A stretch of 64,000 nucleotides of DNA. Source: Octopus vulgaris. Lineage: Eukaryota. The position numbers were made by a program, and so were the translations under genes. The notes beneath the pieces were generated by a model. That model did no database searches, was not told where the DNA came from, and was given only the letters and a program-made list of their open reading frames with translations. Numbering within the stretch: the first letter of the stretch is position 1; each line of letters opens with the position of its first letter. The DNA lies in the NCBI GenBank assembly GCA_951406725.2, contig OX597820.1, forward strand, positions 120,466,001 through 120,530,000, given 5' to 3'. Below are positions 28,776 to 42,200 of this stretch, one piece after another.

Positions 28776-30252
28776 ATTGTGCACAGGACATCATGAAACG
28801 TGTACGACAAAAAAAAACACGAAGTACGAGTACATGGAGTATGAACTATTTTTTCGAGCAACGAAGGGGACAAAAGGTAAAGAAGACAAGCAACATGAAG
28901 AGCGACCCTTCATCAGTTGTTGGCTTTCTTTCTACACTCATATTTCGAGCATTTAACACATGTATTTATGTATAAGTACATATATGTATAAGTATACATA
29001 TATAAATGAATATACATATATACATATATATAGGTCTATGATTATGTGTAGAGTGTCTAGGTATATGAATATTTGTGTGCATGGATGTAAATATGTATAT
29101 CCATATAATATATACACACAGTCACATACTAAGACACTAACAAAGTAGCGCACACACACACACGCGCGTGCATACACATATACTTTATAAACGTGACTGT
29201 TATTACTCTTCACCAAATTTCATGTTTCATTCTTTGTTTTTTTTTCCGACTGTCTTCTTTGATGCACATTTACCGATAAACGCAATGATAATGAATGAAA
29301 AAATAAATAGATTCTCAAAAAAACCCAGTCAAATGATTACATATCGACACTTATGTTGATATATCCATCACACAGTTTTTCTCCATTATTTTCTGGTTCT
29401 CTTCGTATATTTATCTATCATATCTTTTCCAAACTTCATCTTCTCCTCTGCTTCCCTTATCTCTCTTCCCTCCTCGAAATCTTCCAACACGCATTCATAC
29501 ACACAGACACACAGGCACACACAAACATGCACGTATGCATACGCTCACTATTTATTATGAAAATAGGTAATCTTCATCAGTTCATATTAAGCAAATTTTA
29601 CAGCAATGAAAACAATATCTTGCATTGGTTAGTGGACTCTTAAACATGCACCTGACATCTAAAAGCAATTATATCATGCCATGCTCTGAAATTTGAAATG
29701 TCATGACATTAGAACGTATAGACTTGTATATGCCTAATATAAACAGAGGCCTACATACAGGCATTAACACATATATTACACACAAACACATTTTGGGGCC
29801 ATGTATATGTATAGGTATTTGTGTATATCTCTGTTTGCATGTATGTATATACAGGCTGTCATCTCTAGATGCGAATGTGTTACTGTTTATTACGTGTTGT
29901 TCCTTTCGGTTGCCGTTAACTGGAGAATCTAATGCTTCCTCGAATTTCTAAAAGTACAACGGTTTGGAACCGCATCGATCAGCGTCGATCTTATCAGCAA
30001 CTGTCAAATTGCATTCTTCTCACATGCAAGGTGCGAATGGAAATCTGTGTATGCAGTACATGTAGAGCTGTAGAAATAGTGTTCCATTTGTATCTGGGAA
30101 GATACTCATCTTTAAATCATAGCAGCGAAATTTTCTACAACCTGGCGGAGAAACTAAAAGAGTGTTTGGAGCGACTGATGTGACATCGTCACGTCTCACC
30201 CCTAATAAAACGAACAGCAAGAGCCACCAATCAGTAAACGTTCTATTTAGCA

Positions 30253-30430
30253 CATTATTTACATTATTTACATTATTTACATTATTTACATTATTTATAT
30301 TTGACCGGTATTTGTCTTCATCTTGTTTGTTGTTAACACAACGCTTCGGCTGATATACCCTCCGGGCTTCATCAGGTGTCTTGGGAAAATTTAGAACCTG
30401 GGTTCTAATTCCTATGGTATTTTTCGATGT
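30253..30430 (-). mobile_element. Penelope-like arm with degenerate hammerhead (left arm of composite)
   Basis: Minus GACAC-CTGATGA-AGCCCGGAGGGTATATCAGCC-GAAG-CG-TT-GTGTT; inverted homologue at 31001-31181. Confidence 0.6.
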
Positions 30431-30431
30431 G

Positions 30432-30432
<1 letters not shown>

Positions 30433-30490
<58 letters not shown>

Positions 30491-30516
30491 TATTATTATT
30501 ATTATTATTATTATTA

Positions 30517-30553
<37 letters not shown>

Positions 30554-30579
30554 CATTATCATCATCATCATCATCATCA

Positions 30580-30643
<64 letters not shown>

Positions 30644-30698
30644 CATTATTATTATCATTATTATTATTATTATTATTATTATCATTATTTTTATTATT
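30433..30698. repeat. (ATT)n/(ATC)n microsatellite
   Basis: Seen directly. Confidence 0.95.
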
Positions 30699-30984
30699 GA
30701 GTGAGAGAGCAGTGCATGCCATCAAAGTGACACTGGGGTAAAATATGCGAAGCCCAGTATACCCATCATGACTACCCGTCTGATAAGGGTACACTAGGTA
30801 CATGCATCACAACCATATGTGCGCGACATGGTGATCTCATATCGAGATAAACGGCACATGACCTTGCAGGTGGGGCCCAGTTAGAATTTTCTTGTCGTCG
30901 AGTAACTCATCCCGCTCAAAATGTCGCTGAATAATGGTTGTACGAAACAACCCATATTTTCAGAGGTGAATTATTCAAACCCCA
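30699..30984 (-). mobile_element. Second copy of the (AAT)n-embedded retroposon fragment
   Basis: High similarity to 15207-15505. Confidence 0.7.
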
Positions 30985-31000
30985 TAATAATAATAATCAC

Positions 31001-31181
31001 GTAGAAAAGTACCTTAGGAATGAGAACCCAGGTTCGGAATTTCCCCAAGACACCTGTTGAAAGCTGGAGAGCATATCAGCCGAAGCGTTGGATCAACTAC
31101 AAACAAAATGAGGACAAATATCAGTCAAAGTTTAATAATGTAAATGAGGTACATAATTCCTCATCTCTTAAATATAGAACT
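31001..31181 (+). mobile_element. Penelope-like arm with degenerate hammerhead (right arm of composite)
   Basis: GAACCCAGGTTC...CCCAAGACACCTGTTGA...TCAGCCGAAGCGTT; inverted relative to 30253-30430. Confidence 0.6.
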
Positions 31182-31923
31182 GTTCTATTTAGCAATTCTA
31201 CCACTATCACGACTTTAATTTCATTGACTACGTAGGAACCATCACTGCCGAGTGCAATAATGGTAGCAGCGCATTAAATAGCAAGATGCGCCCCCAGCCT
31301 ATTAATTCAATTGGCATTTTTGCTAACACATCCCGTGTCAAAGAAAGACTTGAGCTGCCGAAAGAAATAATTGATGAAAGAAATTCATGCTTCGAAAAGG
31401 GTAAAAAATGTTTTAACCTAGCAATATCAGTTGCATCGTACATAAAGCTGATCAATTCAATGCGAATTAACGAGATTTCGGCGGACAGAAACGGCGGGTT
31501 ACGGTAACAATGAAAGAGCAGTGAGAAAGGTTATTGAGGCCTTCACCGATACAAATACTTTAGAAAGTTTCTTGTCAAATTTGGTTTTAGCTGAGAATGT
31601 GCAAGCCTACCATTTCCCCTCATAGGCTAAAGAGTTCATTCTCATCACTTAGAAAGGGGAAAATAAGTTGCCAAGGTGAGGGTGGTAGGTGTGGCAATTA
31701 TAATAGATAGCTAATGACTGATGGCTGCTGGATTGTCCAACGATAACAATGAAGAAATACTGTGAAAATGTGCGAGGAACACTGGTTAGGAATAGCTATG
31801 AATCTGTTAATTCTAATGAAATAAGAGAAATTTTGAAACCACCTCTTCACTAAGTGACCAACCAATGGCTGTGACAGTAGGAAAGAGAAGGAGAAAGTAA
31901 AATATCTGTAGCGTCACCAACCA

Positions 31924-31954
<31 letters not shown>

Positions 31955-31959
<5 letters not shown>

Positions 31960-32711
31960 ATGTGATATGTAACTAAATTCTTTTTTAAAATGATGTGTTT
32001 TGAAGTTTTGCATTCGGTAAAATTTTGTTTATTTAGTAGTTTTGACCGCTTTGGTCCCTCTTAGCGTGTTGGTATCTACGAATAGTAGTACCCTCAATAT
32101 AATATAAATGAATATTTTCAAAGAGGAAGAATTTACGAATTTTTTCTCTTACGAGGTTTTTTCACGCTGACTACTGATAATTTCTTTTAAAGATTTTATC
32201 CTCAATTGTTAATTTATATTTTTCACCGGAATAGTTCAATACTGAATTTTTATTCCGAATAGACAATTTGTTACCGAAATGCATTGCAAATAAGCCCGCC
32301 ATTTTCATAGATATGTAAAGATAAACATTCGGACATGCTACGACGAATTCTACGGTTGGCTATCGAGCTTGTAATGTTATGTTTTTCTCTTATATTTCTT
32401 GAGTTTGTTGCACTGATGAACATAAAAATGCATATTCTGCATTTAAATGCGAAATCACATGTGATATGTAACTAAATTCTTTTTTAAAATGATGTGTTTT
32501 GAAGTTTTGCATTCGGTAAAATTTTGTTTATTTAGTAGTTTTGACCGCTTTGGTCCCTCTTAGCGTGTTGGTATCTACGAATAGTAGTACCCTCAATATA
32601 ATATAAATGAATATTTTCAAAGAGGAAGAATTTACGAATTTTTTCTCTTACGAGGTTTTTTCACGCTGACTACTGATAATTTCTTTTAAAGATTTTATCC
32701 TCAATTGTTAA

Positions 32712-32713
<2 letters not shown>
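31955..32713 (+). mobile_element. Retrozyme-like / Penelope pLTR-like element, 499-bp unit, 1.5 copies, inside (TA)n
   Basis: Identical ~260-bp direct repeats 31955-32214 and 32454-32713; hammerhead spans the unit junction. Confidence 0.8.
32401..32479 (+). ncRNA. Type I hammerhead ribozyme motif (canonical core)
   Basis: GAGTTT-GTTGCA-CTGATGA-[ACAT..AAATGCA-TATTC-TGCATTT..ATGC]-GAAA-TCACATGTGA-TA/TGTAAC-T-AAATTC; predicted cleavage after 32466. Confidence 0.75.
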
Positions 32714-32755
<42 letters not shown>

Positions 32756-32792
32756 ATTTAGGAACGGTCATGTTGCCAGTTTAGCCAATAAC

Positions 32793-32953
32793 AACACACG
32801 CACTATATATTTGGTGTTAATTTGCTACAGCTTTATTTAATTTTTACATTAATCTTAATCTTATTTTTAATCTTATGGCCGAAATAAGATGAAGATTAAT
32901 GTAAACAATATATAAAGCTGAAGCAAATTAACACCAAATATATAGTGCCTGTG

Positions 32954-32955
<2 letters not shown>
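32793..32955. repeat. Foldback inverted repeat (~74-bp arms) within a (TA)n-flanked insert
   Basis: GCACTATATATTTGGTGTTAATTTGCT... pairs with ...AGCAAATTAACACCAAATATATAGTGC. Confidence 0.85.
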
Positions 32956-33000
<45 letters not shown>

Positions 33001-33001
33001 A

Positions 33002-33198
33002 CGGGAAGCTTTACGAAATTAAACAAAAGACGAAGGCAGGTGGAATACAAACAAACAATTGTATTAGTATGGCGCTCATGAATAGAAATAAAACAAGTCT
33101 TTTACGTTTCGAGCCTACGCTCTTCAACAGAAAGATATACAGAAAAGAAACAAGGAGAGAAACAAGGAGAGAAAAAAATGCGTGCAGGAGCTAACGAT
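33002..33198 (-). mobile_element. Short (TA)n-tailed element with minimal hammerhead-like motif, family H
   Basis: Minus TCTTT-CTGTTGA-A-GAGC-GTAG-GCTC-GAAA-CG-TA-AAAGA at 33097-33135; homologues at 36.5 and 48.6 kb. Confidence 0.65.
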
Positions 33199-33691
33199 TC
33201 AATATACTCTGCATACAGCGAAAGACAGACGAAAGAAGGACAGAGGACCTGGCAACGCTACAGTGGGTTACACAAGAACAGACATAACAATGTGCATCCA
33301 GAACAGCAGAACTAGCAACAATCGTAACAAACAAAATAGTAAAAGCCTCGAGTGTAATCTGAGTAAAGGCAGCTATGCCAACCGGAATAGTTTTATTATA
33401 GAAACCAGCAATGGTATGCAACACAATAACCACAACGATAACAACAGGAATATTGCCAATCTGAACTACAGATAACATAACCGGGTTACTACATTACAAA
33501 ATACTCCTTACTCTTCGTATCACACACATATCTCCTTCAACAGGCGCGACAAAGTTGAAAAATAGTAAACTGTAACCGTGGGTAGGCAGAGAAATGAAGG
33601 AAGGCACACATGTATTTTAAGTTGCATTAATTGAAGTTCGGCATCAAATTCACCACCGTCACTCAAAGACGGATAAATACACACAAACAAT

Positions 33692-33703
33692 AACACACAC
33701 ACA

Positions 33704-33778
<75 letters not shown>
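33692..33778. repeat. (CA)n microsatellite
   Basis: Seen directly. Confidence 0.95.
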
Positions 33779-33779
<1 letters not shown>

Positions 33780-34446
33780 TGCGATCGGCAGCCACTCGCA
33801 ACCAGAAAACAATATGAACTGTATCTGCAATACCCTGTTATACATACGCACACGTTCAAAAGCGAATGAAAATAAATAAAAAGAAACATACATTAACATA
33901 CAAACAATATATACAATCAGTGTATCGCACAACAAATGGCCGGTAAACACGATCGTGTTAAAACGGAAAGTAATACGAAAGCATCTTTCGACTCTAGATT
34001 CTGTATTCGGAAAATAATAAAAGAAATGCCTTCTGTCCAAGAGTAATAACCAGAAGTCCCAAATGATATTTCATTCCTCAATAAATAAGTAACATCTCTC
34101 ACCAATACTTTCTAATACCCAACTTATTTTACATTTGCACAATCAACGGAACTGACACTTTGAATTTAATATAATTTATCTGTAGGTGTGTATGTTTATA
34201 CGCATATCGGTCGCTTCGATGTAAATATATTTATAATATGTATCAATTTATCTGTGGGGGAAAACACCGTTTGCCCTATCTCGTTAGATAGGCACACAAC
34301 ACGCGTACATAATACATGTGCAATCACATATATATGAATATATGTATGTGTGGTTATACATGGCCATATACACATATACATATATATATATATGTATGTA
34401 TATGCATGTATGCATATACATATATATATATATATGTATATATATA

Positions 34447-34486
<40 letters not shown>

Positions 34487-34698
34487 AATATACATATACA
34501 TACATATATGTATATATATATATATATATATATAAGATCACGTATGTGGTGGGGGTTTTCTAGGGACATTTAACATCAAGTAAACAACGATTTTATCACA
34601 GCTATTTTAATTTATATATTTGTATATACAATAGATTTATGTGTATATACGTTTGTATTTATGTGCTATGATATATATATATATATAGATAGATAGAT

Positions 34699-34730
<32 letters not shown>

Positions 34731-35276
34731 GTGTGTCTGTGTTTGTGTGTTTGTATTTATACATACACTCAAACATTTACGTAGTTTGTCGATATATTAT
34801 GTGCAAATGTATGTGTGGAAAGTAAGTCCATATTTGTATGCGTAAATATATACGACCAAGTTGCGGTAGAGATGAACGTGTGTCAAAAAGAGACTGTGCG
34901 CTCTGATCCGTGTTCGGGTCGTATATTTATTGCGATACCGCTTTCGTTGTTGTTGTCGATGCAAACATTGCATCATTGATTCTTCTTAAGTTTCTTTACA
35001 ATATCAGTTTATGGCCTGTGGAAAATGTAGAGAGATAAATTAGTCAGAGCCAGATATATTTGAAACATCCTCGCGGTTTGTTTATGTTTTGTTTAGTTTA
35101 TATAGAATTTCCGAGCGAATTTATCTCGTATCCAAGCATAGAGCTGCCAGGCATTATCAGATTTTACAAACTTCTTTCCTCGATTTGTCTGATGGGACGT
35201 GAACGAGAAAAATCCGACAGAACAACTGAAAATATCACCTCTACACACACGTGAGCATGCGCACAGACACAGACAC

Positions 35277-35342
<66 letters not shown>

Positions 35343-35359
35343 TATTTGTATTTCATACG

Positions 35360-35393
<34 letters not shown>

Positions 35394-35395
35394 CG

Positions 35396-35440
<45 letters not shown>

Positions 35441-35551
35441 ATATATATACATTTATATATATATATACATATTTATTTGTATGTATGCATACGTATTGTA
35501 TTTATAAATATATATATATATATACATATTTATTTGTCTGTATGCATACGT

Positions 35552-35591
<40 letters not shown>

Positions 35592-35649
35592 CTTATTTAT
35601 TTGTCTGTATACATACATATTGTATATATATATATATATAAGAAGTTAC

Positions 35650-35673
35650 GTAGATAGAGAGTGAGATAGATAG

Positions 35674-35753
<80 letters not shown>

Positions 35754-35805
35754 GAGAGAGATTAGAGAGAGAATAGAGAGATATGGAGAGAAGAGAGAGA
35801 GGGAG
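35650..35805. repeat. (GATA)n/(GA)n tract
   Basis: Seen directly. Confidence 0.9.
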
Positions 35806-36057
35806 AATTTTGTCTTTGTGTTTGATTTCATTAGATATAAACAGAGAACATGAATTCAAGCGCTGCCTGTGGGGCTATATGATATGTCTTTTAGTATTAC
35901 ATATATCAGATATTTTCGTCTTTTGCCGTCTTCAGGAACAAAACCGAATATATTTTAGTTCCTACAGCAGTGACCAAATTTACCTCTCTTATATTCCCAA
36001 ACATTCGCATCCTCTGGCATCTCTGAAAACCAAAATACAAAAATATTTATAATCTTC

Positions 36058-36059
36058 AG

Positions 36060-36123
<64 letters not shown>

Positions 36124-36242
36124 ACTACCATTACTATTGCTGCTGTTGTTATTACCACTACCACTTCTACTACAACAACAACTAATACTACTACTTCTAC
36201 TGCACATTTATATCTTACTATTTCCAACTCCCACTAAGTTGG

Positions 36243-36273
<31 letters not shown>

Positions 36274-36306
36274 TTAGTATTAGTAGTAGTAGTAGTAGTA
36301 GTAGTA
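36058..36306. repeat. (ACT)/(GCT) then (GCA)/(GTA) trinucleotide tracts in opposite orientation
   Basis: Seen directly. Confidence 0.85.
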
Positions 36307-36403
36307 ATAAATATTTCTATATTTTAGTTCTTAGACAGCTCACAGGATACGAATCTTTAACATTGGAAATATAATGGAGGTATGAAATGTATGAACTAAT
36401 ATA

Positions 36404-36461
<58 letters not shown>

Positions 36462-36509
36462 CTATCATGATAGATCGTTATATATATATATATATTATTT
36501 ATACACCAT

Positions 36510-36700
36510 GATAGATCGTTAGCCACCACACACATTTCTTCTCGCCATGTTGCTCTCCTTGTTTTTCTGTGTCCCTTCCCGTAGAAGAGCGTAGGCTCGA
36601 AACGTAAAATACTTTTTCTATTCCTGAGCGTTATACTGATACAACTGTTTGTTTTGTACACCGCCTGTCTTCGTCTTTTGTTTTTTTCGTAAACTCTCCC
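36510..36700 (+). mobile_element. Family H element
   Basis: GATCGTTAGC start; CCGTAGAAGAGCGTAGGCTCGAAACGTA; ends CCC-(TA)n. Confidence 0.65.
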
Positions 36701-36722
36701 TATATATTATATATCATATATA

Positions 36723-37246
36723 CAGGGGTTGGACACAATAATGCAGATATCTTAAAATTTCAAACAAATTTAACTTAACATAAGGTAGGACCGCCTTTCG
36801 GCAGTAATTACTGTCTTGAGTTCTACTTGTATGGACTCGTACAAAGTTTGAATTGTTCCCAAATGAATTTTTTGTCCATTCGTCAGCTAAAACAGTCTGC
36901 AGTTCTTGTAGTGATGATGGTGGAGGATATCGACTCATGACTTGTTTTTCTAAAATGCATCATAAATGTTCTATAATATTGAGATCTGGTGACTGTGGTT
37001 GCCAGATAAGATGTTCAACTTCACTAAAATGTTCCTCGTGTCAATCAGTAACCTCTTTCGGTATGAGAATTGGTGCATTATTTTCCTGAAAGATTATGCA
37101 TCCCCTCCGGAAACAGTGCCGTACCCATACGATGAATTTGTTCAGATAAAATGCTTAAATAGTCTTGACTATTAATTCTGCCATGAAGGGAAACCATTGG
37201 CCGGCCGATTTTCAAGATATAGCCCCAATAGATCATCCCAGATCCA
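36723..37246 (-). mobile_element. Tc1-family transposon 3' fragment with transposase remnant
   Basis: TA-CAGGGGTTGGAC TIR end; minus frames IFQENNAP, QSPDLNIIEHL.CILEKQVMSRYPPPSSLQEL. Confidence 0.85.
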
Positions 37247-37282
37247 CATATATATATATGGTATATACAATTATGTATATAT

Positions 37283-37329
<47 letters not shown>

Positions 37330-37420
37330 CCATAATTATATACATAATAATAATCAGGGGTCACCTAAGTGCCTCGCCACGTACTGCATTAGAAATAAAC
37401 GATAATATCATTTATGGTAT

Positions 37421-37472
<52 letters not shown>

Positions 37473-37829
37473 TGTGTGTACATACGATTACTAATATATA
37501 CTAATATATATATATATATATATATGGGTGTGTGTGTGTATATTGGTAATTATATCGTAGCATCTAACTAAAGTCGAATACATTCATTGAGGAGTTTCCT
37601 ATTCAACAATAATATAATGATTTTATCCCTCTAATGGTAATATAATTCGTATAAAAATTACATCCTTATTTCTATTTTATTCCACTTGTATACATAAAAG
37701 CATTGTTCGTTATATACTGAGAGGTGTCTTCTGATGTTTAGAAAAGTTGACGTTACTCAAATTTGATAAATAACTATTGATTATATAATTAAAAAATCGA
37801 TATTGTTAGTGTATAATAGGTGACTTGAT

Positions 37830-37904
37830 CTGTGTATCTCTTTATCTGTTTAACTATCTTTCTATGTCTATATGTCTGTCTGTCTATATCTATCTATCTA
37901 TCTA

Positions 37905-37951
<47 letters not shown>

Positions 37952-38128
37952 ATCAATCTATCTATCTACCTGTCTGTATGCCTGTCTGTTTATCTATCTA
38001 TCTTTACCTATCTATCTATCTATCTATCTATCTATATATATATATATATCTGTTTATCTATCTATCTATCTATCTGTCTGTCTGTCTGTCTGTCTGTCTT
38101 TCTATCTATTTATCTATATATCTGTCTG

Positions 38129-38189
<61 letters not shown>

Positions 38190-38255
38190 TTCTCTATCTA
38201 TTTGTCTGTCTTTCTGTTTGTCTATCTATCCCTATATATATATATATATATATCA
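37830..38255. repeat. (TATC)n/(TGTC)n/(TA)n compound tract
   Basis: Seen directly. Confidence 0.9.
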
Positions 38256-39264
38256 ACATATGCAAATATTAATGAGAGAATTTTGAAAGCCTTGTGGAAT
38301 ACATGCCAATCAGGCAACTAATATTTCATTGAAGCCACAGCAATTATTTTATGATTTTATTGTATTAGTGCATCCATTCAGTGTAATGCGGTCATGCTAT
38401 GGTGCAAACATCAAACGATTTCGTCGATCGTATCCATCACGGAACTAATTCTTGTCTGCTACTTGTTTTGTTGAGGTCTATGTGTTTATCGAATGCCTAC
38501 ATTAGATTTGATATAACAGAACCAAGATATGGTGTGCAATATTTCGCAGCGGTGTAAACATATGCACCCAAGAAGTGAACCTACCTTCAAAAACAATCAT
38601 ACACGCACACATTTTAAAATGCATCGCCATACGAACTCACCAACAGATGCGCACGGTACAGTGTCCCTCACAAAGCCACGGACTTTCAATGTCTGTCACA
38701 CCTACTCTCTCACTGGCACTTACACGGTTGCCCTTCCCCTCTTCAGACCTCATATTGTTATGAATCGTTGAGAAAGCTTAAATCTTTATTGAAATAAAAC
38801 AACTGACACAGTAGGCAAAGAAGAGTCCGTGTAATTCATCAATCAATTAAAGATGAGAAGCAGCTTGCAAAATATTCGCATGTGCATCGAAATATTCAAA
38901 GCCAACAGAACATCGTTGATTACCAGCAACAAAATATGTTTGAAACTATTTACTACACTTTCATTTCTTCTCAAGACAAACGGCCGCACAATGTATATAC
39001 ACAATGTATATACACATGCGCACAGAAACACACATAACTGCACATATGTATATGTATAATTAGAGAGAAGGAGGAACAACAAAGAGACAAAATTAAACGA
39101 AGGAAATGTGGTTTGTGTGTGTTTATGTACGTTTCATTAAATACACGAATTCGTTTCCGTTTCGACTCGTATATTTGGTTTGGTGCGTTAGAATTTCTAA
39201 ATCGATATGAAACCGACGTTGCTAGATACTTGTAGTCTTATTGCCAGCAATTGAATTGATCATA

Positions 39265-39724
39265 GGATCTTTCCGGTTTGAACGGCAGTTTTTAACATAA
39301 TTTCTAGGTAACTAAAAAATGTTAAACTTCGTATATTGCTAGAATGTGTTTATAAAACATCTTTTTCTCTTGGCTTTATTGAGAAAATTCTATAGTTTGT
39401 AAGATATTTGTTGTTTTTTTTTCTTCAATTTCTGCAATTTCAACCAATCAATGACCGTCTGTTGAGGTGAAAACATTCTGTGCCGTATGAATATGTCCCT
39501 CGTTTGAGAAACAGATTGGGTTTATTTACATTTGTGAAGAAAAAAAGATACCCTTCCTCCCACCCCTAACCCTAACCCTAACCCTAACTAACTCTAACTA
39601 ACCCTAACTATCCCTAACCCTAAAAGAGATTGAAATGCAATAGATCGATACTAGGATCATAATTATGGGTGACAATTTCATATGACACCGCTAGAAAAAA
39701 TTGCCGTTCAAACCGAAAAGATCC
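39265..39724. mobile_element. TTAGGG-containing MITE, copy 3 (opposite orientation)
   Basis: Same TIRs; expanded (CCCTAA)n tract at ~39564-39622; imperfect TSD GATCATA/GATGATA. Confidence 0.9.
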
Positions 39725-40074
39725 GATGATATTTGTTGTTGCTTGTAGCTTCTTTTCAACTGGATGGCTTTGTATAAACTTTCCCGCCAAATATTCTTTG
39801 ACCAGTAGTTAGCCGCTGATCTGACTGGTACGGTCAAATTTTCACCGATTGGTGTATATTTTAGATGTCAACAAACATGTTATTTTTCTCTTGTGTTTCA
39901 CAGTTAATTCTATCATTATAGTGCGATATATGTATGGTTTCCATAATTGTATCTTCTATTTTTGAGGAATTTTACTCAAATTTTCTTCTAGTACTTTCCA
40001 ATCAAATTATGTCTTGTGGTGCATGTCATAACATCGTGTAATAGATCCATTTTATAATTGCACATACGTACTGT

Positions 40075-40300
40075 ACTCTTTCATTACAACTTTCACTCTT
40101 TCTTCCTGTTTCATTTGTACCTGTATTTCAAAGGACCAGCCTTGTCACACTCTGTGTCAAGCTGAATCTCCCCCAAGAACTACAATAAGCGTACACGTGT
40201 CTGTGGAGTGCTCAGTCACTTGCACGTTAATTTTATGAGCAGGCTGTTCCGTTGATCGGATCAACTGGAACCTTCGTCGTCGTAACAGACGGAGTGCCAC
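40075..40300 (+). mobile_element. 5'-truncated SINE family R, tail type 1
   Basis: Matches the 3' half of 55371-55750. Confidence 0.8.
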
Positions 40301-40896
40301 GATATATACATGTGATGAGGCATTCATGTCATGCTTGCAATTAAGAGAACCAATATATTATATTACTCGTCCAGAAGTCGGTCTTTTCGATCTCTGCAAG
40401 CTATTCCTAATCAATATGTTTGCTCATATAATATCCACATCGGTAAAATTTTTATCAATTCTTGTCTTAATTATTCTTTTATATATTCATTTTACCTCAG
40501 CAACAAATTGTTTATGAATATATATACAACCATATATATACACACATGCATACACAGTCGGAGACGTGGCTGTGTGTTAAAACGTTTGTTTCCTACCCAT
40601 ATATAACACCGGGTTCGTTTCACTCAACAAAAACTCACTACTTGAATGGACCATAAACAAAACTTGACTTAAAAAGGATTTAGATAATCCTATCAGGTGG
40701 TGCTCTTAAGTTTGGCATGGCCTGGAACAATCTTTGGTCGAAACATATCTAAGTTTTATCTAAGGTCTAAGTTGTATATATATATATACATATATATATA
40801 TATTGTTGTGTCTGGGGAGAGTCATTTTCAGAATACACAACAGAATATGCTTCAACACACGAACTCATATAAAGAATCTTGCAAGCCAAATCCAAA

Positions 40897-40972
<76 letters not shown>

Positions 40973-41177
40973 TATACACATACCTACATGCATGCATACA
41001 TACATACATACATATGTGTATGTGTGCGGGCGTGCATGAATTCAAACATGAATGGTTGAAATCTCCCAATAGCAAAAACTGAAGGATCTTTAATATTCTT
41101 TTAAATCTGGCGGAACAAATACGAACGCGCTTTAGTTTACTTCTTTCTTTACATATATTTGTTTCATCTTCATGAAA

Positions 41178-41572
41178 GGATCTTTTCGGTTTGAACGGCA
41201 GTTTTTAACATAATTTCTAAGTAACTGAAGAATTTTATACTTCGTATACTGGTAGAATGTGTTTATAAAACATCTTTTTCTCTTGGTTTTATTGAGAAAA
41301 TTCTATAGTTTTTAAGATATTTGTTGTTGCTATTTTCTTCAATTTCTGCAATTTCAACCAATCAATGACGTCTATTGAGTTAAAAAAACATGTTGTGCCA
41401 TATGAATATGTCTCTCGTTTAAGAAACAGATTGCGTTTATTTATATTTGTGAAGAAAAAAAGGTACCCTTCCCCCCACCCCTAGCCCTAAAACAGATACT
41501 AGGGCCATAATTGTGGGTGACAATTTCATATGACACCGCTAGAAAAAACTGCCGTTCAAACCGAAAGAATCC
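41178..41572. mobile_element. MITE copy 4 (opposite orientation, internal deletion)
   Basis: Same TIRs and body; TSD not recognisable. Confidence 0.88.
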
Positions 41573-41718
41573 GCAAAAATCAATAAGCCCTTTTGTTTGT
41601 CATCGCTCTTGTCTTCAGCATCTTTATATTAAAGTCGAAGCTTAAATATGAAATCTTAAGACGTCAACAGTAGACGACACAACAAAGTGAACGCTGACAG
41701 TCATCATTAGCCAAATAT

Positions 41719-41884
41719 AGGCGCTGGAGTGACTGTGTGGTAAGTAGCTTGCTTACCAACCATACAGTTCCGGGTTCAGTCCCACTGCGTGCCATCTTGG
41801 GCAAGTGTCTTCTACTATAGACTCGGTCCGACCAAAGCCTTGTGAGTGGATTTGGTAGAGGGAAACTGAAAGAAGCCCGTCGTA

Positions 41885-41925
<41 letters not shown>

Positions 41926-42200
41926 ATGTTTGTGTGTTGTATTTGCCCCCCTCCCCAACATCGCTTGACAACCGATGCTGGTGTGTTTACGTCCCCGTAA
42001 CTTAGCGGTTCGGCAAAAGAGACCGATAGAATAAGTACTGGGCTTACAAAGAATAGGTTCCGGGGTCGATTTGCAAAAAAGACCGATAGAATAATTAATA
42101 GGCTTATAAAGAATAAGTCCTGGGGTCGATTTCCTCGACTAACGGCGGTGCTCCAGCATGGCCGCAGTCAAATGACTGAAACAAGTAAATGAATAAATGA
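41719..42200 (+). mobile_element. SINE family C with internal duplication
   Basis: Duplicated GCAAAA..GACCGATAGAATAA..GGGGTCGATTT block. Confidence 0.88.

Noticed and set aside
28790-28955. Minus-strand CTGATGAAGGG hammerhead candidate
   Set aside because: No GAAA or cleavage arm; at most a decayed remnant
39564-39622. Telomere or chromosome-fusion relic
   Set aside because: Short tract inside a repeated MITE, present at the same position in other copies
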